From an uncultured virus (IMG/VR IMGVR_UViG_3300027793_000086) (Duplodnaviria > Heunggongvirae > Uroviricota > Caudoviricetes): a stretch of DNA of 64,000 nucleotides. The translations under genes and the position numbers were made by a program. Shown one piece after another: positions 1 to 7,294 of the stretch (positions are counted from its first letter, which is position 1; every line of letters starts with the position of its first letter). Below the pieces are notes generated by a model. That model saw only the letters and a list, made by a program, of their open reading frames with translations, was not told the origin of the DNA and made no database searches. The stretch lies in the IMG/VR virus record IMGVR_UViG_3300027793_000086; one strand, 5' to 3'.

Positions 1-740
1 GTTAAAAGCCCTGCACGAATCGGCGCATCAGTGACGCCGTTCCTAAACTCTGATTCCGTCAGCAGATTGACCGGCGCGTTGGCTACGTTGAGTTGGGCTC
101 CCCAGATGAAGATGCCGGAGGTGCCGTTGCCCGTATAACTGAACGTGGTGGCGTCAGTCATCGTGTACGCACGGAAACTGTTACTTGCTGCTGTGCAAGT
201 TCCGTATATGGCGCAACGATACCAACCGTTACCGGCGTCTGAAATAGTCGCTTCTGCTTGAGGCACACCGGCAACAGTTCCAGAAACCGTGCCATTAGAC
301 AGATTAAACACCCGCCCAAAATTAGCAGTAGCGCTCCAAAGCAAAACGAAAGAACGCTCTGCTGCTTTTACATAAACGCTGTATGAGTGCGGAAGGGCCG
401 CAGTTGTAACGCTTTGAGCGGCGTAGTGAGATGCCAAAGTTGCAGCTTCAACCAGCTTGTCGCCTGTTACCGCGCCGTCCGGGGCAGTTGTGGCGTTAGC
501 AGTAATGCTTGCGTCGGTCTTCGTCCACGCACTAGCCTCAAAGTCCTCCGAGTTCGTCAGCAGGTTGTGCGGCGCGTAGCTCACCCGGCCATTGCTGTCC
601 GTCAGCGTGGCGTTGCTGGTACGGGAGAAGGTGATCCTACTCGGCAGTGAGGTCAGCGATGTGAAGTCGAAGTTGAGCGACGGAGCAGCACCGCCCGCCG
701 CAGCCCTACGAGGAAAGCCGAACCCAAAGCCGAAGGACAT
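1..740 (-). CDS. Virion fibre/spike protein with LamG/ConA-like domains, 5' part (runs off the left edge)
   Basis: Not in the ORF track. ATG at 740-738 overlaps the TGA of the upstream gene and the frame stays open to base 1: MSFGFGFGFPRR...SLNFDFTS...ITFSRTSNAT...HNLLTNSEDF...GNGWYRC...IFIWGAQL, typical of phage lectin-like fibre proteins. Confidence 0.75.
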   Translation of the reverse strand, partial: MSFGFGFGFPRRAAAGGAAPSLNFDFTSLTSLPSRITFSRTSNATLTDSNGRVSYAPHNLLTNSEDFEASAWTKTDASITANATTAPDGAVTGDKLVEAATLASHYAAQSVTTAALPHSYSVYVKAAERSFVLLWSATANFGRVFNLSNGTVSGTVAGVPQAEATISDAGNGWYRCAIYGTCTAASNSFRAYTMTDATTFSYTGNGTSGIFIWGAQLNVANAPVNLLTESEFRNGVTDAPIRAGLL

Positions 741-994
741 CAGAACACCCTGACCAAGCCCGTTGCAGTCGTGTTCGTTGCAAACACGCGGATCACCTGT
801 ACCGGCAGCACAGAGCCACCCAGCACGCCCGTGAAGGTCACATCAGACCCCTGAGCCGTCAACACACGCACGTTGCCCGCAGAACCTACGAACACAACCG
901 AGGGCTCACGCAAGTTATTGGTGTCACTCGTGGTGACAACAGCCGCGTCCCCTGGATACATCGGGAACGTCGGGCTGTAATTGGTCTTAGCCAT
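740..994 (-). CDS. Small virion structural protein (possible spike base)
   Basis: 84 aa, beta-rich (VFVGSAGNVRV...LPVQVIRVFATNTTA), translationally coupled to the fibre gene. Confidence 0.65.
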   Translation of the reverse strand: MAKTNYSPTFPMYPGDAAVVTTSDTNNLREPSVVFVGSAGNVRVLTAQGSDVTFTGVLGGSVLPVQVIRVFATNTTATGLVRVF

Positions 995-1002
995 GAAGCC
1001 TC

Positions 1003-1030
1003 CAAAAGGCTAACCCCGCCGAAGCGGGGC
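1003..1030 (-). terminator. Probable intrinsic terminator/hairpin
   Basis: CCCCGC-TTCG-GCGGGG hairpin followed by TTAGCCTTTT on the minus strand. Confidence 0.5.
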
Positions 1031-1035
1031 CGGGA

Positions 1036-1530
1036 TCAGTTCTGGAACGTGGTCGGAGCCTGAGCGCCGTTGTCAGCACGCTGGATGTACTCAATGGTCA
1101 CCACAGCCACCCCAGCAGTAGGATTACCGCCAGTAGCGGTAAAAGTTCCAGTTACCGTCACATCAGCCGTGCCAATGTTGTCAGTGGCCGAGGAAACCAG
1201 CGCGGCATCCAGCGTAGCCCGAGCGGTTTGAGCAGTGGTCAGACCGATGTCAATCGTGGTCTGGAAGGCGTTGGCCGTACCAGGGCGACCAAACGTGGTG
1301 TTCACAGCGGAAACCGAACCACCAGAGATGGCCGTGGTCTTCTCAACCGTGAAGCGCAGGATCTTGGACCCAGCAGGCAGCGTGAACAGGTTCTGCGCCG
1401 TGGGCGATCCGAGCATCACAGAGAACGGCACACTGGCTGATTGCGTCAGAACCGGCAGGCCGGTGTTCATTCCGGGCGAGTAACGCTGGGTGCCCATGCG
1501 AACCGGGCCGGAGAAGGTGTTGAAGCTCAT
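1036..1530 (-). CDS. Putative head decoration/structural protein
   Basis: 164 aa with N-terminal TFSGPVR motif; Thr/Ala/Gly-rich beta protein downstream of the capsid gene; RBS GAGGA. Confidence 0.65.
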   Translation of the reverse strand: MSFNTFSGPVRMGTQRYSPGMNTGLPVLTQSASVPFSVMLGSPTAQNLFTLPAGSKILRFTVEKTTAISGGSVSAVNTTFGRPGTANAFQTTIDIGLTTAQTARATLDAALVSSATDNIGTADVTVTGTFTATGGNPTAGVAVVTIEYIQRADNGAQAPTTFQN

Positions 1531-1549
1531 GGCTTATTCCTCAATCTGC

Positions 1550-1593
1550 GCCCGTCGTCTCTGAGGAGAAGTCTGCCGAGTCAGTCGGCGGGC
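1550..1593 (-). ncRNA. Structured RNA element, possibly the Mu-gpT-DE RNA motif
   Basis: GCCCGCCG/CGACGGGC closing stem around CUGAC-UCGG-CAGAC and UCUC..GAGA; lies downstream of a Mu gpT-like capsid gene, the context described for Mu-gpT-DE. Identity not verified with a covariance model. Confidence 0.5.
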
Positions 1594-1641
1594 TGTGGTG
1601 AAGCTCGGTTTGTAAGAGGGTAGCACAGGGGCTGGGCGGGG

Positions 1642-3132
1642 TCAAGCCCTCCAGATCCAACGCTGATGCCCAACCCCAAACAATTTTGACCACCCGGCTT
1701 CCGCGCAGACTTGAGCCTCTGTTTTGCCGGGGGCGTAAAACTTTCCAAGCACAGGATGCGTGGGTAGCTTATGTTTTTGGGTCACGTAGCGGGGGATGCG
1801 CTCCACTACGCCGTTGGGCACCCACCAGTAATCAGGCGGGGTAATACTGTCCAATGTGAATCCCGTGGCTTGGTAGAGTTTGCCATCACCGTAGCGTAGA
1901 TCACAAAAACTTACAACTTCCTGCGGTTTGGCGTCTGCCAAAAAACGCTTAAACAGCTTTCCAAACCCGCCGCGCACGCGACCGATAGATGCGTACCGTA
2001 TAACTTCCCAGGCACTGTCTTGTCTCATGCTTGTCATTCCCGCTGCCCGAGCCTTACCAAAAGATGCTACCGCTACAAGCTGCGCCCCCAAACGGAGCCC
2101 ATAGTACATCTGTGCAGCGCCAGCGCCTTGTATGTGCGTCGCGTCTAAAAATGCACGCGCTTCCGGAGCGGCAAGTAGTTCAATAGCACACTTACGTGCA
2201 TCAAATTTATCGCCAATGCCCAGCATTGCGTCTAACCTACGCAGGATCAGCCCCTTCTTATCGCGCCACTCGTCAGCAAAAATTTGAATCAAGCGAAGTC
2301 CTTGCGCCGTAGCAACCTCCCATTTTTCACGATGATAATCTCTACCACGTTTTTGTTCTGTATGCCAGTGCAAACCGTTTAGCTCAATGCCAAAGTTGTA
2401 CTCAGGCAAAAAGATGTCAATGTGCTTACGGTCCAAGACCGGCGCATTGCGCTTGATAACAAACCCCTGTTCGTACAAGTAGTCAAAAAGCTCACGCTCC
2501 CACTTGGGGTCAACAGCCCCACAACTCGGGCAGCCTTGTCCGCCAAGGTGCTTGTTTGGCGTTTGCTCAAAATCGCCGTGCTGTTTGCATGTTATTGTCA
2601 CTTTGCGCACAGCCGTTACGTATTCAGTTTTGGCGTAGTCGTAAGTGTCGCCATGCACCAACTTAGCTTTCTCAAGAAACTGCCCTTGCGTGAGTCTTTG
2701 CGCTTCAAACGAGCACTGAGCACAGCCTGAGTGCTTTCGCACATTGATAAGCCACGCATCAAACGCCCCGTGCGTAGCGCAAATAAACTGCACTTTATGG
2801 GTGTAGCTTACCGGCCCAACTCCTAAGGTTATCTGCGCCCCGAACTTGGCGCGAAGTTCCTGCTCCACGCTGTCGCGGTTCACTCGCTCAATCCCTGTAG
2901 GTGCCTCACCGGTTTTCTGGCGCTGGCGGTACGCAGCGGTGTACTTTGCAAGACGTTCAGGCGCTTGTGTTGCAGCCCAACGTTTGGAAGCTATGGATGT
3001 ACAAGCCGTACAAGAACCACTAGCCACAGCACGAGGCGCAATATGCCCCTGCTTGCAAGACTCTCCGGTGAAATACCGAGCGACGCCCGCTTGCCGTGCG
3101 GCTTCACGAGAGTTGGGCAGTTGTTCAATCAC
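1642..3132 (-). CDS. Hef-like free-standing homing endonuclease (Zn fingers + DUF723-like repeats + Vsr/PD-(D/E)XK nuclease + Mom-like GNAT fold)
   Basis: YFTGESCKQGH..CTAC; KVTITCKQHGDFEQTPNKHLGGQGCPSC; IDIFLPEYNFGIELNGLHWH; C-terminal FLDATHIQG..WEVIRYAS..SFCDLRYGDGKLY. Lower GC than neighbours. Start placed at GTG 3132 behind AAGGAG. Confidence 0.75.
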   Translation of the reverse strand: MIEQLPNSREAARQAGVARYFTGESCKQGHIAPRAVASGSCTACTSIASKRWAATQAPERLAKYTAAYRQRQKTGEAPTGIERVNRDSVEQELRAKFGAQITLGVGPVSYTHKVQFICATHGAFDAWLINVRKHSGCAQCSFEAQRLTQGQFLEKAKLVHGDTYDYAKTEYVTAVRKVTITCKQHGDFEQTPNKHLGGQGCPSCGAVDPKWERELFDYLYEQGFVIKRNAPVLDRKHIDIFLPEYNFGIELNGLHWHTEQKRGRDYHREKWEVATAQGLRLIQIFADEWRDKKGLILRRLDAMLGIGDKFDARKCAIELLAAPEARAFLDATHIQGAGAAQMYYGLRLGAQLVAVASFGKARAAGMTSMRQDSAWEVIRYASIGRVRGGFGKLFKRFLADAKPQEVVSFCDLRYGDGKLYQATGFTLDSITPPDYWWVPNGVVERIPRYVTQKHKLPTHPVLGKFYAPGKTEAQVCAEAGWSKLFGVGHQRWIWRA

Positions 3133-3302
3133 TTTCTTACTCCTTACGTGCCGCAAAGGGGGCCTGTTGTTAGGAAGTGATTATGCCAACAAGGGGCTTA
3201 CACCGCAAGCCAAAGTCCCCACAGAAAGCTCAACCACTTTTTAACATTGTTGGCTAGTAACAACAAAAAGTGATTATGGTGGCTTACGCAACGCGACAAA
3301 AG

Positions 3303-3329
3303 AAAAGGGCCCCGAAGGGCCCTTTGTTT
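3303..3329. terminator. Bidirectional intrinsic terminator after the capsid gene
   Basis: AAAAGGGCCC-CGAA-GGGCCCTTTGTTT. Confidence 0.8.
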
Positions 3330-3363
3330 GCGCTAAGTCCTTGATTTACAAGGCTTTTGCTGC

Positions 3364-4272
3364 TTAGGCTCCCGGCGAACCGAACATACCCAAGGAATCA
3401 CTGACCCCAAATGAATATCTTTCCCGTGCCTTATACCGGTTGTTTCCGGTATCAAAGTCGGTGTCCATTGACGTAGCCAGAGGTACACGCACGAAGTGCT
3501 TCAGGCCGTTAGGAACGTCAGTCTTGAGGAACCATGCGTTGGTGTCGGTCAAGAAATGGTTCACGGTGTAGCCTTCGGGGATGGAGCCGTTGTTCTTCAA
3601 CGCGTTGATATCGTTGTCGGTAGTACCGACACGCAGCGACGTCTCCAGCAGTCGGGTTGCGACGAACTGGAGGTTGGGCGGAACAATCAGCTTGCGGGGC
3701 TTGGCAGCAATCAGCAGACCACGCTCGTCCGTCCAACCAGCGATCTGGATCACAGCCGCTTCGAGGGACGTTTCGTTCAGGTCTGCAGCCGTCGCGGGAC
3801 GGTTGCTGTTGGTGCCACCGGAGACCAGCGGGTGCGCGGTCGAGAACAGGGCTTGGCCGTCACCGTAAACAGTGCTGGCGGAGAAGCCGTTGTTCAGGAT
3901 CGCCGCAGCCTTGACCTGCTTGGTGTAGGCCATAGCGCGAGCCAGGGCCTTGGTGTACCGAGCGGACAGGCTGTCGTACAGGTTGTCTTCCATCGCCTCT
4001 TCGGTGATGGAGAAGCCCATAGCGATGGTCTCGTGGTTGTAACGAGCGGTCCAGGCTTCCTGCGCATTGTCATACGCGATGGCCGAACCTTCGTTCTTCA
4101 CCGGGGCTGCGGAGAAACCAGAGAGCTTGGTTTCCTCTTCGAACGAACGCTCGGAGGTCTCCGTCTCGTAGATCTCCTTGTGCTCTTCGCCGTAGCGCTT
4201 GTACTCCATGCCGAACAGCGCATTCAAGCCGGGCAGGAGTTCCTTCAGTAGTTGGGCACGTGAAATTGCCAT
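3364..4272 (-). CDS. Major capsid protein (Mu gpT-like, HK97 fold)
   Basis: 302 aa MAISRAQLLKELLPGLNALFG...GDGQALFSTAHP...PRKLIVPP...YKARERYSFG; strongly biased codon usage; position in head module. Confidence 0.9.
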   Translation of the reverse strand: MAISRAQLLKELLPGLNALFGMEYKRYGEEHKEIYETETSERSFEEETKLSGFSAAPVKNEGSAIAYDNAQEAWTARYNHETIAMGFSITEEAMEDNLYDSLSARYTKALARAMAYTKQVKAAAILNNGFSASTVYGDGQALFSTAHPLVSGGTNSNRPATAADLNETSLEAAVIQIAGWTDERGLLIAAKPRKLIVPPNLQFVATRLLETSLRVGTTDNDINALKNNGSIPEGYTVNHFLTDTNAWFLKTDVPNGLKHFVRVPLATSMDTDFDTGNNRYKARERYSFGVSDSLGMFGSPGA

Positions 4273-4285
4273 TTTAAGTTACTCC

Positions 4286-5104
4286 TTAGGCGATGTTGTA
4301 GCGATGGACGTTGAAGTTGATCTTCGCCAAGACTTCGGGGCTCTGAACCAACGCCAAGGTGCCCGACGCGGTGGTGTTAGCCGCCATCGTCAAGGTTTGG
4401 GAGGTAGCAGAGGAAACCGTAGCCGCAGTGCTCACAACACCAACCCATTGCAGTTGACCGTTGGCGGCAACCACTTGGAACATGTCCGTGCCCACAGGAA
4501 TGACCTGACCGACCGTCAGACCCGAGACAACGATAGACGTCGTACCCGTGCCGCTGACATAGGTGCAAGAGGTCGCAACTTGCGTGTCCGGAACCAGACC
4601 CAGGATGCGGAAGCCCGCGTTAGCCGTGTTGGCAGACGCAGCCACGACACCGCCAGCAGAATTGCCGGTGGCCGTAGAGCCCGTGGTGGTGTTGGCAGCC
4701 ATGTTCTGACCGACCAGAAGCTGCGATGCCGAAGCAATCGTAGGCGTTCCAGCAGCCGTCACCACAGCCATCTTGAAGACCGTATCAGGGTCGTCACACA
4801 CAATCGCCCGAATGTCGCCTGCCAGGGTGTTGGCGGGGTAGTACTGGGAGAAGCGCTTTTGCTTGGTTACAACGTCGGTGTACGAGCAACCCAGGAAAAC
4901 ACCGACCGTAGTATTGGTGGTGTTGATCGGGGCCGTCGCAATGACGATGAAGCCAGAGGACAACGTTACCGGATCTCCGTAGAAAATCGCGGTGCCGTAG
5001 TTGTAGGCAATCGGGTACTCTCGGGTAGAACCTGAGAATACCTGACCACCGATGAGGTTTACGGGTTTGAAGCCGTAAGGTGCATCAATCGTGGGGTATC
5101 CCAT
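4286..5104 (-). CDS. Putative capsid cement/decoration protein
   Basis: 272 aa, DAPYGFKPV...IFYGDPV...GVFLGCSY...DDPDTVF, directly upstream of the capsid gene. Confidence 0.65.
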   Translation of the reverse strand: MGYPTIDAPYGFKPVNLIGGQVFSGSTREYPIAYNYGTAIFYGDPVTLSSGFIVIATAPINTTNTTVGVFLGCSYTDVVTKQKRFSQYYPANTLAGDIRAIVCDDPDTVFKMAVVTAAGTPTIASASQLLVGQNMAANTTTGSTATGNSAGGVVAASANTANAGFRILGLVPDTQVATSCTYVSGTGTTSIVVSGLTVGQVIPVGTDMFQVVAANGQLQWVGVVSTAATVSSATSQTLTMAANTTASGTLALVQSPEVLAKINFNVHRYNIA

Positions 5105-5118
5105 CTGAGACTCCTAAA

Positions 5119-5565
5119 TTAAGTACCGCGTCCAAACGACACCTCAGAGCGGCGCTCCTTGAACAGAGGCATCCGGGGATCGTTATCGCGCATGAAGTTG
5201 TTGTCCACCGACTGCATCTGTCCATCAGCTTGACGCTGAAAGTACGCGTTGCGTTGTTCAGTGAACTCCTTTGGGGTTTTGCAAAGCAGCAGCCCACCGA
5301 CTTCAATGCTGTCCGGGAAGCGACCTGAGCCACCTCCTCCCAGTTGAATCTCGGGATGTTCGCTTGCTTTCACGGGCTCCCAGCCCTCGCGGAGCTTTGA
5401 AGAAACATTCATCGGGTCATTGGTCCCGAGCGTGCTGACACGAATCCAACGGAAAGCATACCCTTCTTCCGGGTTCGGATCGGGCAGGAGTTGAGGAGGC
5501 ATCCATTGCTTGGGCCGTTCAGCCTTTGCGCGGGTGTCAAACTCACGGGGGATACGTTCAGCCAT
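5119..5565 (-). CDS. Conserved head-module protein
   Basis: 148 aa, W.PP.LL..P..GY.FRWIR...KLREGWEPV...VGGLLLCK; lies between scaffold and capsid genes. Confidence 0.7.
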   Translation of the reverse strand: MAERIPREFDTRAKAERPKQWMPPQLLPDPNPEEGYAFRWIRVSTLGTNDPMNVSSKLREGWEPVKASEHPEIQLGGGGSGRFPDSIEVGGLLLCKTPKEFTEQRNAYFQRQADGQMQSVDNNFMRDNDPRMPLFKERRSEVSFGRGT

Positions 5566-6496
5566 TTTGTTTCCTCATTTCTTCCGCAACCGCACGGGCG
5601 TACTGCTCATTGGTCAGTCCCAGCCGCTTGGCGATTTGAACTTGTGATTGCGTCAACACGATCTTTTTGGGCGCTGTGCTTCGCGTGGCGGGAGCTACAA
5701 CTGCGGCTTTTTTGACCGGCTTTTCCGAGGAGAACGCATCTGGAAAAGTTTGGCGGATCTCGTTGTTGATCCGTTGGTAATACTCGTCGCTTGCTGGATC
5801 TACTCCGTTACTCACAAGTTCTTTGTCAATCTCTAGCGCTACTGCCCTCATCCTGTTGTTCGTCTCAAACCACGGATTGGCTTTTAACCACGCACGGGCT
5901 TTGTCGTCTACAGGAGGCGGCGCAACGCTTGGAGCGGGTTGTACCACAGGTTCTGTAGGCTTTGCAACTGCCTGAGTAACCGGGGGCTTGAAATTGTTTA
6001 CCCGCTCTGCCTTGATCTTGGCAGTGGTAAGTTCTTCCTGAGCCGCGATGAATGCTTCAGTATCGCCAGCCTCATGTGCTGCTTTGAGCTTCTGCTTGGC
6101 CTGTTCAACCTCGTTGGCGACTACCTTCTTGGCTTGCTCAAGCAGTGCCTGCTGGCCTTGCCCGAGGCTGCCCTGAAGACGTTTGTTCTCCTCTACGAGG
6201 TTTTGGGCGAGGCGTAGCGCCTCTTCTCGCTCACGCAGTGCCGCTTCCTTGGCTCGACGCTCCTCGTGATACCCCTTGGAGAAGTGCTGGATGCGCTTCT
6301 TGACTCCTTCGGAGTACTGGGCAAGCTCGTCGTCAGTGACTTCTGCCGGAGCTTCCTTCATGGGCTTGCGCCCACGATCTTCTTCAGGCGTGTCGTCTAC
6401 GACCTCAATCTCGGTCTCGCCTTCGCCTTCAACTTCAATCTGAAGTTCTTCAGGCTTTTCCGCCTCAATCTCGTCCGGGAACTTGAATTCTGACAT
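5558..6496 (-). CDS. Putative scaffolding protein
   Basis: Acidic N-terminus, long coiled coil, W..NPWF motif, C-terminal LTQSQVQIAKRLGLT..QYA. Confidence 0.7.
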   Translation of the reverse strand: MSEFKFPDEIEAEKPEELQIEVEGEGETEIEVVDDTPEEDRGRKPMKEAPAEVTDDELAQYSEGVKKRIQHFSKGYHEERRAKEAALREREEALRLAQNLVEENKRLQGSLGQGQQALLEQAKKVVANEVEQAKQKLKAAHEAGDTEAFIAAQEELTTAKIKAERVNNFKPPVTQAVAKPTEPVVQPAPSVAPPPVDDKARAWLKANPWFETNNRMRAVALEIDKELVSNGVDPASDEYYQRINNEIRQTFPDAFSSEKPVKKAAVVAPATRSTAPKKIVLTQSQVQIAKRLGLTNEQYARAVAEEMRKQNG

Positions 6497-6499
6497 TTG

Positions 6500-6703
6500 T
6501 TACTCCTTGAGTGTCTTCAGTTCTTGCACTTGCCGCTGCAGAAACTGGACGTAGGTGTTTTGTTCATAAGAACGTGCTTTGAGTACGCGTTCCATGTTCT
6601 GGAAGCGTTCCGCGAGGGTGTGCAACTGCTTTGCCATCTCGGTCAGTTCGTACCAAAAGAAGTCGTCCGTTACGCCCAAAAACTCGTTTTCGTCTGGCTT
6701 CAT
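6500..6703 (-). CDS. Hypothetical protein
   Basis: 67 aa coiled coil; ATGA-coupled to the upstream gene. Confidence 0.55.
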   Translation of the reverse strand: MKPDENEFLGVTDDFFWYELTEMAKQLHTLAERFQNMERVLKARSYEQNTYVQFLQRQVQELKTLKE

Positions 6704-7104
6704 CGGCCACCCTTCTGGATTCCGCGAGGATCCTGCACTACCGCTTCAACGCTGTCGTCGTTGATGATGCGGAACTCCGTACCATGAATCTTCAGACGCG
6801 TGCCCGTATTCGGTCGGACCAAGACGAAATCGCCCAACTTGCATGAAGGCCCACTGGGAAAGCGCAGCGGATCTTTGTAGCAGTCGGGGCCCATTTTCAT
6901 CACCCACAGCACCGGGCTCATCAACTCTTCGAAGTGCATGGTCTGGCCTGCTTTGACCAGCCCGCTTTCATACTCTTCTTCTGCTTTAGGGAGCGCACAG
7001 AGCAGGTGATACGTCACAGGATCAGGCACCTGACGGGCCTTTTCTGCATCAGTTTCGGGTAATACCGTGGTGTTTGCACCGTCACTCAGGAGGATTTCAC
7101 TCAT
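6700..7104 (-). CDS. GroES/Cpn10-like co-chaperonin
   Basis: ESGLVK...VMKMGPDCY..CKLGDFVLV...G.EFRIINDDSVEAVV matches the Cpn10 fold; start moved to MSEILL (7104). Confidence 0.8.
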   Translation of the reverse strand: MSEILLSDGANTTVLPETDAEKARQVPDPVTYHLLCALPKAEEEYESGLVKAGQTMHFEELMSPVLWVMKMGPDCYKDPLRFPSGPSCKLGDFVLVRPNTGTRLKIHGTEFRIINDDSVEAVVQDPRGIQKGGR

Positions 7105-7291
7105 CGTCGTTTTCCATCTTTCGCACAAGGTCGGTGATAAAAACATGAGCGCGTAAAAGACCCTGGATTTCACCCGTCATGAACTTGTACTCGGAATAGT
7201 CTTTTGCCGAGCCTGAGATAAGCGCCTGTGCGATGGACTCACGACGCTCCTCAATTTCCTTAACAACCACGTCAAACGCAGTGGTAGCCAT
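7097..7291 (-). CDS. Conserved small protein downstream of portal
   Basis: 64 aa, GSAKDYSEYKFMTGEIQGL; RBS AGGAG. Confidence 0.7.
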   Translation of the reverse strand: MATTAFDVVVKEIEERRESIAQALISGSAKDYSEYKFMTGEIQGLLRAHVFITDLVRKMENDDE

Positions 7292-7294
7292 TTG

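Noticed and set aside
3496..5035. Long plus-strand ORFs (251 aa, 278 aa) opposite the capsid genes
   Set aside because: Antisense shadows produced by codon bias; no RBS or protein-like motifs
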